Positions 41,757 through 55,477 of a stretch of DNA of 64,000 nucleotides are shown here, in pieces (the first letter of the stretch is position 1; every line of letters begins with the position of its first letter). The notes below the pieces were generated by a model. The model had not been told where the DNA came from, did not search any database, and saw nothing but the letters and a program-made list of their open reading frames with translations. Where the stretch lies: the NCBI RefSeq assembly GCF_009914755.1, contig NC_060927.1. The stretch is one strand, 5' to 3'. The DNA comes from the human T2T-CHM13v2.0 reference genome, Homo sapiens. The translations under genes and the position numbers were made by a program.

Positions 41757-42489
41757 GAGGGAGAGAAGGAGACAGAAGGTGATTCAACATCCTTCAAAAA
41801 ACCCTCATTGAGTACCTTTCATGTACTGAGAGACATGTTAGACTTTTAAGCTACAAAGATGATCTAGATCAATCTAGTCTTCGAGTCATGCAGGATGAAC
41901 AGACATAAGTACATTTACGATATGGGGATAATGCAAATACTTACAAAGAAGAGTTGGTGGGTGAGAAGAAAGGTAACCAACTCTACCTTGTGGGAGGGGG
42001 GAGTTAGGGAACACTCTGTTGACTGTTAGGGACCTAATGAGAAAGACAAGCACAAGATCTCAGTCATAATAGGCAAAGAAAATGTAAAGCATGCTCCAAC
42101 CTTTTCTTCCTTGCCTGAACTTCTTCCTTTTCCAAAAGACTCAGCTGAACTAACCACTTGGATCACACAAATTTTATTCCTACTCATGCTTAAGTTCGGG
42201 TAGGAAGAGGGAGTTTTTTCTAAATTCAGAAACCTGCCTGAGTTCTCTGTCTGAGCTTTGCCCACAGCCTCAGAGCGGAGCTAGAGGAATGGCAGCGAAG
42301 TTCAGGATGTCCACTGAAAAACAGTGGAATATAAGGCTCATGTATCAGGTCTCTGAGAATCAACTCTGAAACAAATGTCACATAAGTGCCTTTAAACCCG
42401 CAAGCAGAGTACACGTGCTCTGCAACCAGCAAGCACAGGCTACAGACGCTTTCCGAATCTCCCCTCTGTAGCTCCACACTCACCCCTTT

Positions 42490-42579
42490 ACAAAACAAAA
42501 ACAAACAACAACAGCAACAACAAATATATACATATACACACACACACACATATATTTATATATATATATATATATATAT
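42490..42579. repeat. Compound (CAA)n-(TA)n-(CA)n-(TA)n microsatellite
   Basis: ACAAAACAAAAACAAACAACAACAGCAACAACAAATATATACATATACACACACACACACATATATTTATATATA.. Confidence 0.9.
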
Positions 42580-43564
42580 CCACTTTGCATTTACTTGCAT
42601 TTAGATAGTGCCTTACAGTTGGAAACTTTTTTCTTATATATTATTTAATTTGCTACTTTCAAGAGCACTCTAAGCTGGTTAGGGCAAGAATCATGGGGCT
42701 TAGAGAGTTAAAATGAATTTCTCACAATCACTTTAACTGAACTGGAGCAAAAAGTTAAGCATTTTTAATTCCTATGTATTTCCTGCCATACGGTACTGCT
42801 AAGTGTTTGCACCTTTCTTTTTTATCCAGAGTACATATATTCATTAAGCATGTGGTATGGCTCACAGTTTGTGCTAAGTGATATGGGGGCCAGTTTTAAA
42901 ATCTATAATCCATGATCTGTTTCAAGTAATGTTTACTCAATGTGATAACCTATATAACATACAGGACACATTTTTTCACAGGCTGAAGCTTATTCAGAAA
43001 ATGCAATCATTTAACAATGGGATTTTTGTAAATGAACATTGTAAAACATTTATTTTTGAATAACAAATATACCTTGAATTACACTGGGAGGAACATGCTT
43101 AAAGACATGCCAAAAAAATGATCCACATGCACACCTCCAGCTCAAAACATTCAGGCTTGAGATCATCAAAAAGAAAGTTAAACAGAATCTTCATGGAACA
43201 CATTTGCCTAATTTATAATGACAATTGAAAATATTGGCACTGTGATATCAAAAATGGTGAGCACTATAGAACATACCCAAATTAGGTTAAATACCCTAAA
43301 GTAAGAGAAGAGTACAAAATTCCTGTGAAGGATTAATAGTGACTGGAATTCCATCATATTTATAAGGTAAATTATAAACTAGTATCTATCAAATCCTAAT
43401 CAGTATTTTTATCTGATGTGGTTTTTATTTCTTAATTTAAAGAAATTTTATGTTCTCATTCCTACAAGCTATATAACTGAGATTATAACTGAATTCACTT
43501 TTCAGTTATCTGACCCTAAACAGAAGTATGTGTGTAAGCAGAAGTGTGGGGAAGATGTTTTTTA

Positions 43565-43898
<334 letters not shown>

Positions 43899-44090
43899 TT
43901 ATTGGATGATAAGAAAATGAATCAAATAAAATATATGGCTTGTTTCATTTTGAAATTTAAAACATGTTTTTAAAACTCACTAGTAATAAAGAAATGTATA
44001 TTAAAATAATAAAATTAACAAACACTGAAACTATTAAGAATTTCTAATGTCAATAAAACAGTGGGAGTATAAATTCTTCTGGACGGAGAT

Positions 44091-44505
44091 TATTATGGTT
44101 TGAGTATACCCTCCAAAACTCATGTTGAAACTTAATCTTCAATGTGGCAGTATTGAGAGGTGAGGTCTTTAAATGGTGAGTGGGTCTTGAGGGCTCTGAC
44201 TCATGAATGGATTAATCCATTCATGCATTTAATGGGTTATCATGGGAAGGAACTGGTGGCTCTACATGAAGAGGAAGAGAGATCTGAGTTAGTATGGCAG
44301 GATGCTCAGCCCCCTGGCCATGTGATACCCTTTGCCACCTCAAGACTCTGTAGAGAGTCCCTACCAGCAAGAAGGTCCTCAGCAAATATGCCCCCTCAAT
44401 TTTGGACTTCTCAATCTCCATAAGTGTAAGAAATAAATTTATTTTCTTTATAAATTACCTGGTTTTAGGTATTCTGTTATAAACAACAGAAAATAGACTG
44501 ACACA
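44091..44505 (+). mobile_element. Solo MaLR LTR (MSTC/MSTD-like)
   Basis: CCCTCCAAAACTCATGTTGAAACTTAATC; AGAAATAAATTT..TTTATAAATTACC; ends AGACTGACACA; near-TSD GAGAT/GAGTT. Confidence 0.88.
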
Positions 44506-45010
44506 GAGTTATTGGCAAGTTAAGAACTCTCAGATAGTTAAGAAGGCATTACCAAGGTTCTTTAATATGACAGTTCACTGAGAGGACATTAGGTACAAAT
44601 GCCCCTAACTTTTGATTTAAAAGCCTACAGTAGACTTAATACATTTTAAAAAGGACTTTATGTATAAAGTTTCATATGATAATGATATATATTAATTATA
44701 CAAATAACTGATTTATAATGTAAGAAATTTAAATATGCAGCCATATAAGAGAAGCACTCTGTAGAAGCTACACAACTGTAATGGCTTACGAAAAGCTTTC
44801 AGGGATATTAAAAATATGATGTACGAAGAGTTTGTGGGGATATGAAACCATGCTCATGCTATTGTGTCAAGTGAAAAGAGCAAGCTGGAAAACTGTAGTT
44901 ATAATAAATCCCCAGGTATAGAGGAGGGAAAATAATATCAAAGGCATTAGAAAGGAACAGACCAAGCTGTTCAAAGTTGTTACTTTAGGGTGATAGAAGA
45001 TTTTGTTGTT

Positions 45011-45377
<367 letters not shown>

Positions 45378-45871
45378 TTATGGTTTTATCTTTTGGGGAT
45401 GAACTCTTCAAGCTTACCTGGCCATTCCCAAAAGTTAACATCACATATCCTATGAGCTGCCAGTTGCACTTAACAGTCGTGCGTTTTGATTCCCAAAAAC
45501 CACCCGACACCTTCCCAGCCCAGCACAGTGGCTGGCACCTAGATGGGTGCTTTCGGAACTCTGCTTCCAGAAGCTCTAGGCATGACAGGGAATCATGTGA
45601 AAGGATGATGGAAGAGTAAGAGCTTGTGGGTAGGATTTAGTCCCTTAACTCACTTAAATCAGAGTAGCTGGTATTCATCTGTTTTGTTCTTTTTTTAGGT
45701 TAGTTTCTGTTTTTGTTTTTTTAAATTAAGAACAAAGCTACCTGCAAAACAACATGCTTTATTATCGTCCATACTATGACTCCTGCCAGTGTTCCCAACC
45801 CAAACCCGGCTCACTGGTGAAGCTCTCCAACCTTGCCATACTACCCTCTTTTTTCTACTCCTACTCTTAGA

Positions 45872-45995
45872 TCAGTGGTTCTACTCTTGACTACAAATTA
45901 GAGGCACGTGAGAAGTTTTTAAAACACACAATGCCTGGGTCCACCCTTAGAGATTCCAATTACACTGCTCAGGGTGGGGCCCAGGGATGAGTTTT
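45872..45995. mobile_element. MER5B-like hAT fragment
   Basis: CAGTGGTTCT..CTTGACTACA.ATTAGA..CAC.TG.GAAG.TTTTAAAA..ATGCCTGGGTCCACCC..AGAGATTC. Confidence 0.65.
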
Positions 45996-46014
45996 GTTGT
46001 TGCTGCTGTTGCTG

Positions 46015-46372
46015 TTTTTAGTTTCAGTAGGTCTGGGGGGAACATGTGGTGTTTGGTTACATGGATAAGTTCTTTAGTGGTGATTTTGTGAGAATTTGGT
46101 GCACCCATCACCCAAGCGGTGTATACTGTACCCAGTGGGTAGTCTTGTATCCCTCACCCCCCTCCCACCCTTCCCCTTGAGCCTCCAAAGTCCGCTGTCT
46201 CATTCTTATGCCTTTACATCCGCATAGCTTAGTTCCCACTTCTAAGTGAGAACATAGGATGTTTGGTTTTCTATTCCGGAGTTACCTCACTTAGAATAGC
46301 GGTCTCCATCTCCATCCAAGTTGCTGTGAATGCCATTATTTCATTCCTTTTTAGGGCTGAGTAGTATTCCAT

Positions 46373-46418
<46 letters not shown>

Positions 46419-46582
46419 ACATTTTCTTTATGCACTCATTGATTGATGGGCATTTGGGCTGGTTCCATATTTTTGCAATTGCTAATTGTAATGACATGCA
46501 TGTGCAAGTCTCTTTTTCACATAATGACTTCTTTTCCTCTGAGTAGATACCTAGTAGCAGGATTGCTGGACCGAATGGCAGA
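46015..46582 (-). mobile_element. 5'-truncated L1PB 3' end
   Basis: GGGGGAACATGTGGTGTTTGGTTACATGGATAAGTTCTTTAGTGGTGATTT..GGTGCACCCATCACCC is the L1PB 3' terminus reverse complement. Confidence 0.93.
46374..46415. repeat. Pure (TG)20 microsatellite inside L1PB
   Basis: Uninterrupted TG run. Confidence 0.97.
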
Positions 46583-47329
46583 AGTTTCCTTTGGGAGAAG
46601 GGGCTCTGCTTTACACAACTGGATTACAGCTTTTTCCTGTGGACTGGGGAAGGGTAGTGCAAGCCTGCCTGAATGTGTTAAAAACAGGTGTGGCAATAGA
46701 GACAGTAGGTGCAGACACACCTCTGAGAGGTCTGGCTGTTAAGAAGAAAAATGCCCTAGAGCTGAATGAGCAAAGCTAAAGCATCAAGTGGAGGAGAAGT
46801 TCCTATCTCATTGTGATCTGATTTTAATGAGAAAAGGCCCCCAAATATCCCGTGCTTTCTTATTACAGATCATGTATGTTTTAATTAATATAACACAGTA
46901 CAACTTCAATTTAACATTATATAATGATATTTCTGTGGGTGTATAATAATGTAAATTCCTCACTGGCATCTAAATTGGGGCAGATTAAATCCCAATTATT
47001 TGTTAAAAACTTATAGAAGAATTTTTACCTTGCAGAACTTTTTCTTAAGTTAAATGCAAATTAGCTGGTTAATAAGGCAATATAAAACTTCTCTATGTTT
47101 GAGTCCACTGAAGACTTAACTTTTCAAAGAAATAGCCTGGCAACAGTGAAATATTTAAATTTCTTCCAAAAATCCCAAATTCCGAAACACCGTCTAAAAA
47201 TATACAATCAGGTAAAAGTTGAGAATTAACATATGGATATAAGGTGAATACATGAATTTTTAAAACCATATTGATAAAAATAAACCCAAGACTTGCCCTA
47301 CACTCAGAATCTGTAGAAATTATCTTGAC

Positions 47330-48249
47330 TGTGCAGAAAAAAGTTAAGAAAGTGGAACTGAGGCTGCTGTCTCTAGAGTGTCTGTCTTGAAAGGTTGGCC
47401 CTGGGCTGGCGTCTGGAAACTTGGTCGATGGAGAGTTCCCTCCATTCTCTCTCTGATAAAGATGGTTTGCTGTGCACAGACTGTCTATACAAACAATGCG
47501 ATTTATGCTGAATAGCTACTTTTCTTAAATTTTGATAGCTGCTAGGCAGAGGGTGCCTACGTGACTGTCGCCCTCCCCGACCCCCACTCCCAAGTCAGGT
47601 AATTTCCTTGCATGCTCTGTCTCTAATGAGCTTCCTGGGAAGAAACATTGTATACATGTTACTGCGTTTTTTTGCTGCTGAAGAAAAGAGCACCCTCAGT
47701 GCTCCCTCAGAGGAGACAGAAAACATCAGAAGCCTCCGCATGAATCTCTACAGTCTCTGAGTATCTTTTCCCCTATTGATCCTGTTATATTTCCTTTCCC
47801 TGCAATAAACTTCAGTGGATAGTGCAACTATGCTTATGCATTGCTTAATGACTGGAAGATGCATCATCAGGCGATCGCTACTGTGAGCATTGTGCGATCA
47901 CCACGGAGCATACGTACACAAACCTAGATGGTGCAGCCTCCTACATACCTAGGCTATGTGGCATAGCCTACTGCTTCTAGGCTACCAACCTGTACGGCAT
48001 GCTACTGCACTTAACACCACAGCTGATTGTAACAGCAGTAAGTATTAGTGTATCTAAACATATCTAAACACAGAAAACATACGGTAAAAATAAGGTATTA
48101 TAACATTATAGGATTACCATCATACAGGCAAGTCTCTTGTTGACTGTAATGCTGTTATGTCATTCACATGACGATATCTACTAAATCCTGTGAGTATTTC
48201 CAGCAAATCACAGAATGTATGCGTGGTCTTCGAGATCCTCAGGAAAGCA
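47330..48249 (+). mobile_element. Solo ERVL LTR (MER68/MER21-like) split by Tigger3a
   Basis: Begins TGTGCAGAAAAAAGTTAA..AAGGTTGGCCCTGGGCTGGCGTCTGGAAACTTGG; AATAAA near 47803; resumes after the insertion with TCCTGTGAGT..CAGCAAATCAC..GTGGTCTT. Confidence 0.8.
47831..48174. mobile_element. Tigger3a (TcMar-Tigger) MITE
   Basis: ACACAAACCTAGATGGT..AGCCT..CCTAGGCTA..GTATCTAAACATATCTAAACA; decayed TIRs; TA on both sides. Confidence 0.88.
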
Positions 48250-48310
48250 CTTAAACACACACACACGCACTCAGAGACAAAATTAAACATGTAATAAATT
48301 CACACATATG

Positions 48311-48407
48311 CAGTGGCTGGCACCGAGCACAACAGGTATATACCTCTCAAATGTATTTGCTGTTTGCATTTACCAAAGGGTCCCTCCTCAGCAGAAGACG
48401 AAAGGGG
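48311..48407 (+). repeat. Local direct duplication, copy A (pairs with 49765-49862)
   Basis: GGCACCGAGCACAACAGG..CTCAAATGT.TTTGCT.TTTGCATTTAC.AAAG..CCCTCCTC.GCAGA.GA.GAAAGGG is shared. Confidence 0.9.
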
Positions 48408-49286
48408 TTCCTGAGAGCTCTCCATATCATTAACAAATTTCTTTGTCTCATCTCAATTTACTCCATAATTATAAAAAAGTAATAAGCATACTTATTGTGC
48501 TTGCAGGTTACCACCAATTTTACCTTAATTTTCTTAGTTAATGTTGGCAAATTTCCTGTGAGGAAGCTATTCACTAGCATAGATGAGGAAATGGGGGACA
48601 AGAGAAAGAAGGTCAGGGGTCTGATCAAGGTTAAATTACTTCACACTCACAGGGTATGGAAGAGTTGAAATCAGACCCAGTTATTAAAATCCAGAGCCCC
48701 TGGCTTCTCCTCATTATAACTAGTTCCCTCAAATGTGGTTTGTAGACAGACATTTATACCAGCAAAGAAGTTGCATTAGCCCTCAGCGAAATGAGAAAAA
48801 AAAGTAATATAATATCGCCACATATTTTTAGCTATGTTCTGCCTTTTTTTAGGGTTAAAATATCCATTTTGTTGGAAGATGATACAAACAATAGATAATG
48901 GCTCTTCTTATTTATAATTTTTAGGTTTTTTCTTAATTGTTTGTAACATCTGCATAGAGTAAATTTAAAAGAAGACGAATCTAGAGAGGCCCTGTGCAAA
49001 AGGTTTTAGAATTTTTTCAGTTATTCAAATTTTGTAGTATTCGAATCTTTTTCCTATCATCATATATGTCGGAAAATTAATTTCAACTGCATGGGCCTGG
49101 GTTCTGCTCCTAATTCTCCCACTGATCAGTAAGTAGCACAAGGCAGTTCACTCTCCCTCTATGGGCATCAGTTTCCTTATTAACAAAGGGATCGGCTTAG
49201 GTGAATTCTGAGGGATCTCCCACCTCCTTAGAGGTCTATGATTCTGTAAATTCCTGAATCTGTTTACTCTTTTGTTAGTTTCCCAG

Positions 49287-49357
49287 CCTTACAGTACCTA
49301 GAATTGGCCAGATGATGGCAGCAGAGTTCTACTTTAGCCAGACTGTGCGCCGAACAG
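49287..49357 (+). other. Candidate 71-nt exon of an unidentified transcript
   Basis: Acceptor TTTACTCTTTTGTTAGTTTCCCAG, donor CAG|GTGAGC, local CpG cluster. Confidence 0.35.
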
Positions 49358-49764
49358 GTGAGCGGGACGCCTAGAGCACTGTGCTGAAGAGGAAAACGTG
49401 GAAGGTTATATGGAATTACCATAATTAAGAAAGAAATATTCACAGGTTGGCTGCCTCTGACATGCTATGTCAAGAAACACAGCTACACTTACAGAGAGGA
49501 AGGTCTCTGTTTGTCTTTTAAAAGAGGACTACATGATTGTGAATTCCTAGCAATAGAAGATTCAGGCCCGTTTTAAAGATAAAAATACTAGGCACATGAA
49601 GAACCACTGAATGCCCAATGCCTCCCTGCTAGGAAATGGCAGAGCTCAAACTTAAAGACAGGTCTTCTGACTCCCAGGTCAATGTCCTACACTTAACATG
49701 TAGCAAAGCTGTCTCAGAGAACACATTTGCTTTGACATCTAGAAGAGGCTCTAAAAGAAGTCTT

Positions 49765-49862
49765 CAGCGGCAGGCACCGAGCACAACAGGCCATATACAT
49801 CTCAAATGTCTTTGCTATTTGCATTTACTAAAGTTCCCCTCCTCGGCAGAGGATGAAAGGGC
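49765..49862 (+). repeat. Local direct duplication, copy B (pairs with 48311-48407)
   Basis: See copy A; this copy has an intact octamer ATTTGCAT. Confidence 0.9.
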
Positions 49863-50039
49863 GTGGACCTTGGACCAGGGTTCACCAAGGACACCAATTT
49901 CCATGGTACACTCCCGACAGTGGGGAAGTCCTGACACGGAAATTCAAACAGCCCCCTTTTGCATGAATACATAAGAGACATGGAGTTCTATGACTAAAGA
50001 GTGGGTTTCCTGTCTGATGGTTTCAATGACAATCTTTTT

Positions 50040-51370
50040 GGAAAAATTGAAAGATGAGTAGCATTCCTGTATATCCTTAATCTAGCTCCCCTTAATGTTA
50101 ACAGTTCACACAATCACAGTACAATTATCCAAACCAGCAAATTAACACTGGTACCATAGTAACTAAACTATAGGCCTTATTCATAGTTTACCAGATTTCC
50201 CACTGATGTCCATTTGTTATTTCAGAATCCTATCCAGGATCCAAATTGCATTTGTTGTCATTTCTCCTTCATCTCTTCCAGTGTATCACATACAACACTT
50301 TCTCAATCTTGTCTTTCATAATCTTGACACTTCTGCAGTATACTGATGGGTTATTTTGTAGACTGTCTCACAATTTAGGGTTGTCTGCTGTTTTCACATG
50401 ATTAGATGGAGGCTACGCATTTTTTTGAAAGGATGCCACAAAAATCATGCTGTGTCCTTCTTAGACATCATATCAAGGAGCTGATGTTAATATGTCTACT
50501 ACTAGTGATGATTAACTTTGATCACTTGGTTAAGGTGACATCTTCCAGGTTTCTTCTCCAGAAAGTTACTGTCTTTTCACTTGTAGTTAATATATATCTT
50601 GAGGAGGAGACTCCGAGCCTCTACAAATATCTGTTCTTCTCAAAAACTTCCCCCTGATTTTAGCCTCCATCAGGCACATTATCTGCATTCATTATTAACG
50701 TGGGGTTTGCGGAACAGTGATTTTTCTATTTCCCTTTTTCCTTCTACATTTATTAATAGAAATTCTTCTGAAAAGAAGACTGATCCCTTCTCCCCCATTC
50801 ATTCATTTATTTGATTATTTATTTATACCAGTATAGATTCACGGCTATTTCTTTTATCCCGTGGATTAAAATCTAATACTACCATTATGTTCATGCTCAA
50901 ATTGTTCCAGATTTGGATATCGAGAGCCTTTAGGTAGGCTCCTGTGTTCTTTTGACAAGTCCTCATACCTGTTTAAGCACGTCCTCATTTTTTAGTATCA
51001 CAAGATGCTCCAGGCTCATCTGACATTTTCCCTTCCCCAGCGCTGCAATCTAGCACTTCTCTAAGGTGTCCTGGCTCTTTTTATGAAAGAATGCAATTTA
51101 GAAATGAAACTTAGATCTGGTTGCTAAGTGTGTTCATTATAAACAGAGTGCCTCTGTTTCTACACCCTCTCAGCCAATAGATCTAGGAAATAAATGTACA
51201 TTTGCTAACACCTGCATGTACACACCTGTATTTCTCTCTGTATGTCTATCTATTAAATACTATGAATTCCTACTAATACCTGTAAATCCAATCAAATACC
51301 AGAGGGCTCATGATAGCCTTCCTTCTTTACCTGTAACTTTTTCTCAAAAGATGAGAAACCTGGCTCCCAG
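50040..51370 (-). mobile_element. Old L1 3' UTR (L1MC4-like)
   Basis: CCTAATGTTAAC-like start, CAGTACAATTATC.AAACCAG.AAATTAACA, TTAACTTTGATCACTTGGTTAAGGTG, CAAGATGCTCCAGGCTCATCT. Confidence 0.82.
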
Positions 51371-51499
51371 AGGACAATCAATAGCAGAGCTTGTCCTCCA
51401 CAATAACCTACTCAGCCAACACAAAAGTGTGTATGTTTACCAAACTAAGTAGAATTGTGTAAGATCTAAATTAGGCTAAGTGAAATTAAGTAGCTCTAT

Positions 51500-51880
51500 G
51501 TTTTATGACCCAGAGAATCTGTTCTGTGCTATTTACCCAAGGTCTATAAAGGAATGTGTGTAATAACCGTCCCCACAATGTTTGTAGTTGTGGAAACTGA
51601 AGGCAACCTAGGTGTCCATCACTGGGGGATGGAAACATAAAAGGTAATGGATATAAAAAGTGGGCACTGTGCAATAAACTGAACCTGGATAGACTTCAAA
51701 AACAGTGTTGAATGAAGAGTCAGGAGATCAATAATAATACCACTTATGTAAATTTAAAACACACGCCTACATAAAAATTATCTGTTTTACAAAGCTATGT
51801 GTGTATATTTGGCACATATCAGATTCTGCATATCATGATGGGAAGGGGAATGGAACTGGATATAAAGGGAAAGAGTATGA
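51500..51880 (+). mobile_element. Old L1 (L1ME-like) fragment
   Basis: GAAACTGAAGGCAACCTAGGTGTCCATCACTGGGGGATGG..TGGATAGAC.TCAAAAACAGTGTTGAATGAA. Confidence 0.65.
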
Positions 51881-52242
51881 CAAAATAAGAGAAATGCATT
51901 TTCACTGAACCAAGATAATGATGTGTGATGCGCTGGAGAGTGTAACTAATTCCAATGTCCTCTCTGGAGGTAAAAATCAAAGTAGGCAATGTGTAAGAAG
52001 TCAATGAAATCATCAAAGGCCAATAATAAGATCAGTCTTTAACTTAAAAACAATTTTTTTACTCATATTAAATTTATTGTCATTCAAGGCCTCCAGAAGC
52101 TAAAGGGTAAGAGGTTTTTTTAAAAAATTCAGCACTGAAGATATTTTAATTCAAAACGACATGCGAGAACAATCTAAATGCATTACAATGCTTTGAAAAT
52201 CCAACATTGGCTCTATTAAATATCTTGTTTTAGTAATGGAAC

Positions 52243-52558
<316 letters not shown>

Positions 52559-52769
52559 TAGTAACGGAGTTTGATAACTGTCGTGAACATTCATCATTAT
52601 CAGGGTACGTCAGTTATTCCTTGGGCTTTTTCTCCCACAAGGGAAAACTAATCTCTTCATTCTCCATGTTCATTTTACGCCAGTCACTGTAGCCCTTTCT
52701 CCATCTTCTGGACAAATGAAGCATGACCTCCTTGGGCTTGTGCTGCGGCTGACCCTTCTGTCTTCACTC

Positions 52770-53045
52770 TTCCTCCTCCACAGTTTCACACCTCCGGCTT
52801 CTCATCAAATGGCACTTCCCCAGACATCTTGCCTGACCACCTATTGAAATTACCTCTCCTCCACCCTTTATTATCCCCAGTGCAGTTTTATTTCATTGGT
52901 TGTTTCATTTAAAGTATTTTACTTTACATGATGACTTTCACTCTCTCCCCACTAGAATGTATGGCTCTTCAAGGCCTGTTCATTGTGATGTTACCAGTAC
53001 TAGGAACGGTGCCTGGCAAGGATTAGATGCTCCATAAACATCATA
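52770..53045 (+). mobile_element. L2 3' remnant
   Basis: TCTCCCCACTAGAATGTA.GCTC..TGTTCATTG..CCAGTACTAGGAACGGTGCCTGGCA. Confidence 0.7.
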
Positions 53046-53878
53046 CTCGCTCAGGTTGCAGACATGTACTTCTTGGGAATGTTTTATTCAGATGCAGTTT
53101 TCAGCCCGGGAACAGAGCTTTCTCTGAGTCCCTATTTCTATTCTTAGCTTTAGGAGCCAAGCAGTGGTATAATTACTACATATGACACCAGAAAAAAATT
53201 ACTTTTTAACATTTCTCTCCTATATGCAACAAAATTATTTGTAATCATAATACTAATAGAGAAATTTGCAAACAGTGAAAAAGTGTTTATTCAATTCTAT
53301 ATATAATGAAACCAGCAGTAAAATAAAAATAATGTAATGAGAAGAAATAAAACAATTACATTCATATACTTTTTAGAAAAGGGAAAAATTGTATACCATG
53401 GTTCATATTTTATTTCACTGATTTAAATGCTAGGCACAAAAGCTCTTCAAGTGGTCACAGAATTGAAGTAACTCAAATTACTTCTTCATCTTCACAAACT
53501 GTGTTATTATTGTTGATTTCAAATCTACTATTTAAATCCAGGAATTGATAGATATAAGCTGCTCTCAAAGTGAGCTGGGATATTCTGAGCCATGGCTAAT
53601 TTATGCTCAAAATGAACATGTGTAGCTGAGTTTGCATGTATTGAGGACCGACTGTGGAACTGGGAAGTCTCTAAATTAGCTTTCATATAGATAGAATACA
53701 GTGTGTTCAAGGATACATGATTTTAAAATGTGAGAATTTCAAGCTTACATATTTATTCTAAAAACTCAACTGTAAGCAACTGCAACAGAAGATTTTTAAG
53801 GGGAAGAGTATGTTATCAAGTACCTGCACATGCTGATTAAAACAAAAAAAGCCTATAGATTGTATTTCACTTTATTAA

Positions 53879-54185
<307 letters not shown>

Positions 54186-55477
54186 TAATATTTTTAAATC
54201 TGTAGACACCACACTCCCTTATTGTCCGTATTGGGTCAGGCCTCTCCGGTCATCCAGTCCAGCTACACCAGTGTAGGTTCAGATACTTGGAATGAAACTT
54301 AACATTTCCTTTCCTAACACTGTCACTTCCACATGGTACCTGGATGACACTCCATACTGTCACCTGGCTTTTTCTCCCTCTGATTTCTGTCTTCTGCTAG
54401 AGTCCAAAGGTTCCCCCAAAGCCCACATTCCAGGGCCTCCAAAGACTCACAACACCCTGGAAATTCCCAAAAGGCTAATAAGCTAAAACTCATGAACAGC
54501 ATCCAGCTATTCCACAGAGGAATGAAGAGTAGGAAGGGAGAGAGTCATTCACACTCTGCTCCAGGAAGAGGGATGTCTCATTTTCTCTAATTCTCTTGCT
54601 CTCCCTGCTGGGCTCCTCAGCCCTGTCTCCTCACCTCCTCCCACTACTTGCCCTTCGTTCCTACCAGGGGTGTTAAAGACAAAAACACAAAGCCTGTGTC
54701 TCCATGATTTCGAGTTTGTACTTGCTATTCTCTTTACTTGGTATTGAGAAGTACAAATGTAATTTCTACCTAAATAATTCCTATCCCATTATTCAAAATT
54801 CTGTTCAAGTATCACCTGTTCTGAGAAGTCTCTCCCTATGTCTCTCTCCTTCATGGCAGGCTCCAGAAAGATTTAGCCATTTTCTCTTTAATGCCGTTTC
54901 TGTACTTGAAAAAACTTCTACAATTGACATGTTTTTACTCACTGTGATTTCTTTCAGTTCAGAGCCTATGAGTTTACTCATCTTTGTAATTCTAACTCTT
55001 AGGTTGTGTTCAATTTATGGAAAAATGTTTGATTGAAACAGGAAGTACAAGATACAAGGTATGTTTTGGAGCCAATTGTAACTTAAAATTATCAACCACA
55101 CCTCACCCCTCAAGCTGCAGAAGTTTGACCTAACCTTCAGAATGGCTGACACACTGATTTCCTTGTGCTTTCACTAATTTATTCCCATGCCTACTTCCAA
55201 CAAGTTTTCTAGACCAGATGACATTACTTGCCATCCCTTATCATGAGTTGATGGTTATTATGGGGTAACTAAAGGCATAGTGGTCATTAAAGGCTGTATA
55301 CATGGCTGGTGAATCCAGGAAATGAAATACAGAAATATTATTTAGCTGGTTACACTCTATCTAATTTCTATCTACGTGAAAGAAAACTCATGGTAATTAT
55401 TACTTATATACCAATATGTCATTTCTGAAACACTTAAGAAATGAATTAGTGAAAATTCAATATTACTTTGTAAGTGT

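Noticed and set aside
44202-44225. Perfect 24-bp palindrome CATGAATGGATTAATCCATTCATG
   Set aside because: Real, but as far as I recall it is part of the MST LTR consensus and so not specific to this locus.
46151-46177. C-rich tract with G4 potential on the minus strand
   Set aside because: Standard G-rich tract of the L1 3' UTR.
49306-49325. CTCF-like TGGCCAGATGATGGCAGCA, and GCTGCCACCAGTAG near 27713
   Set aside because: Mismatches at key core positions; too weak to call.
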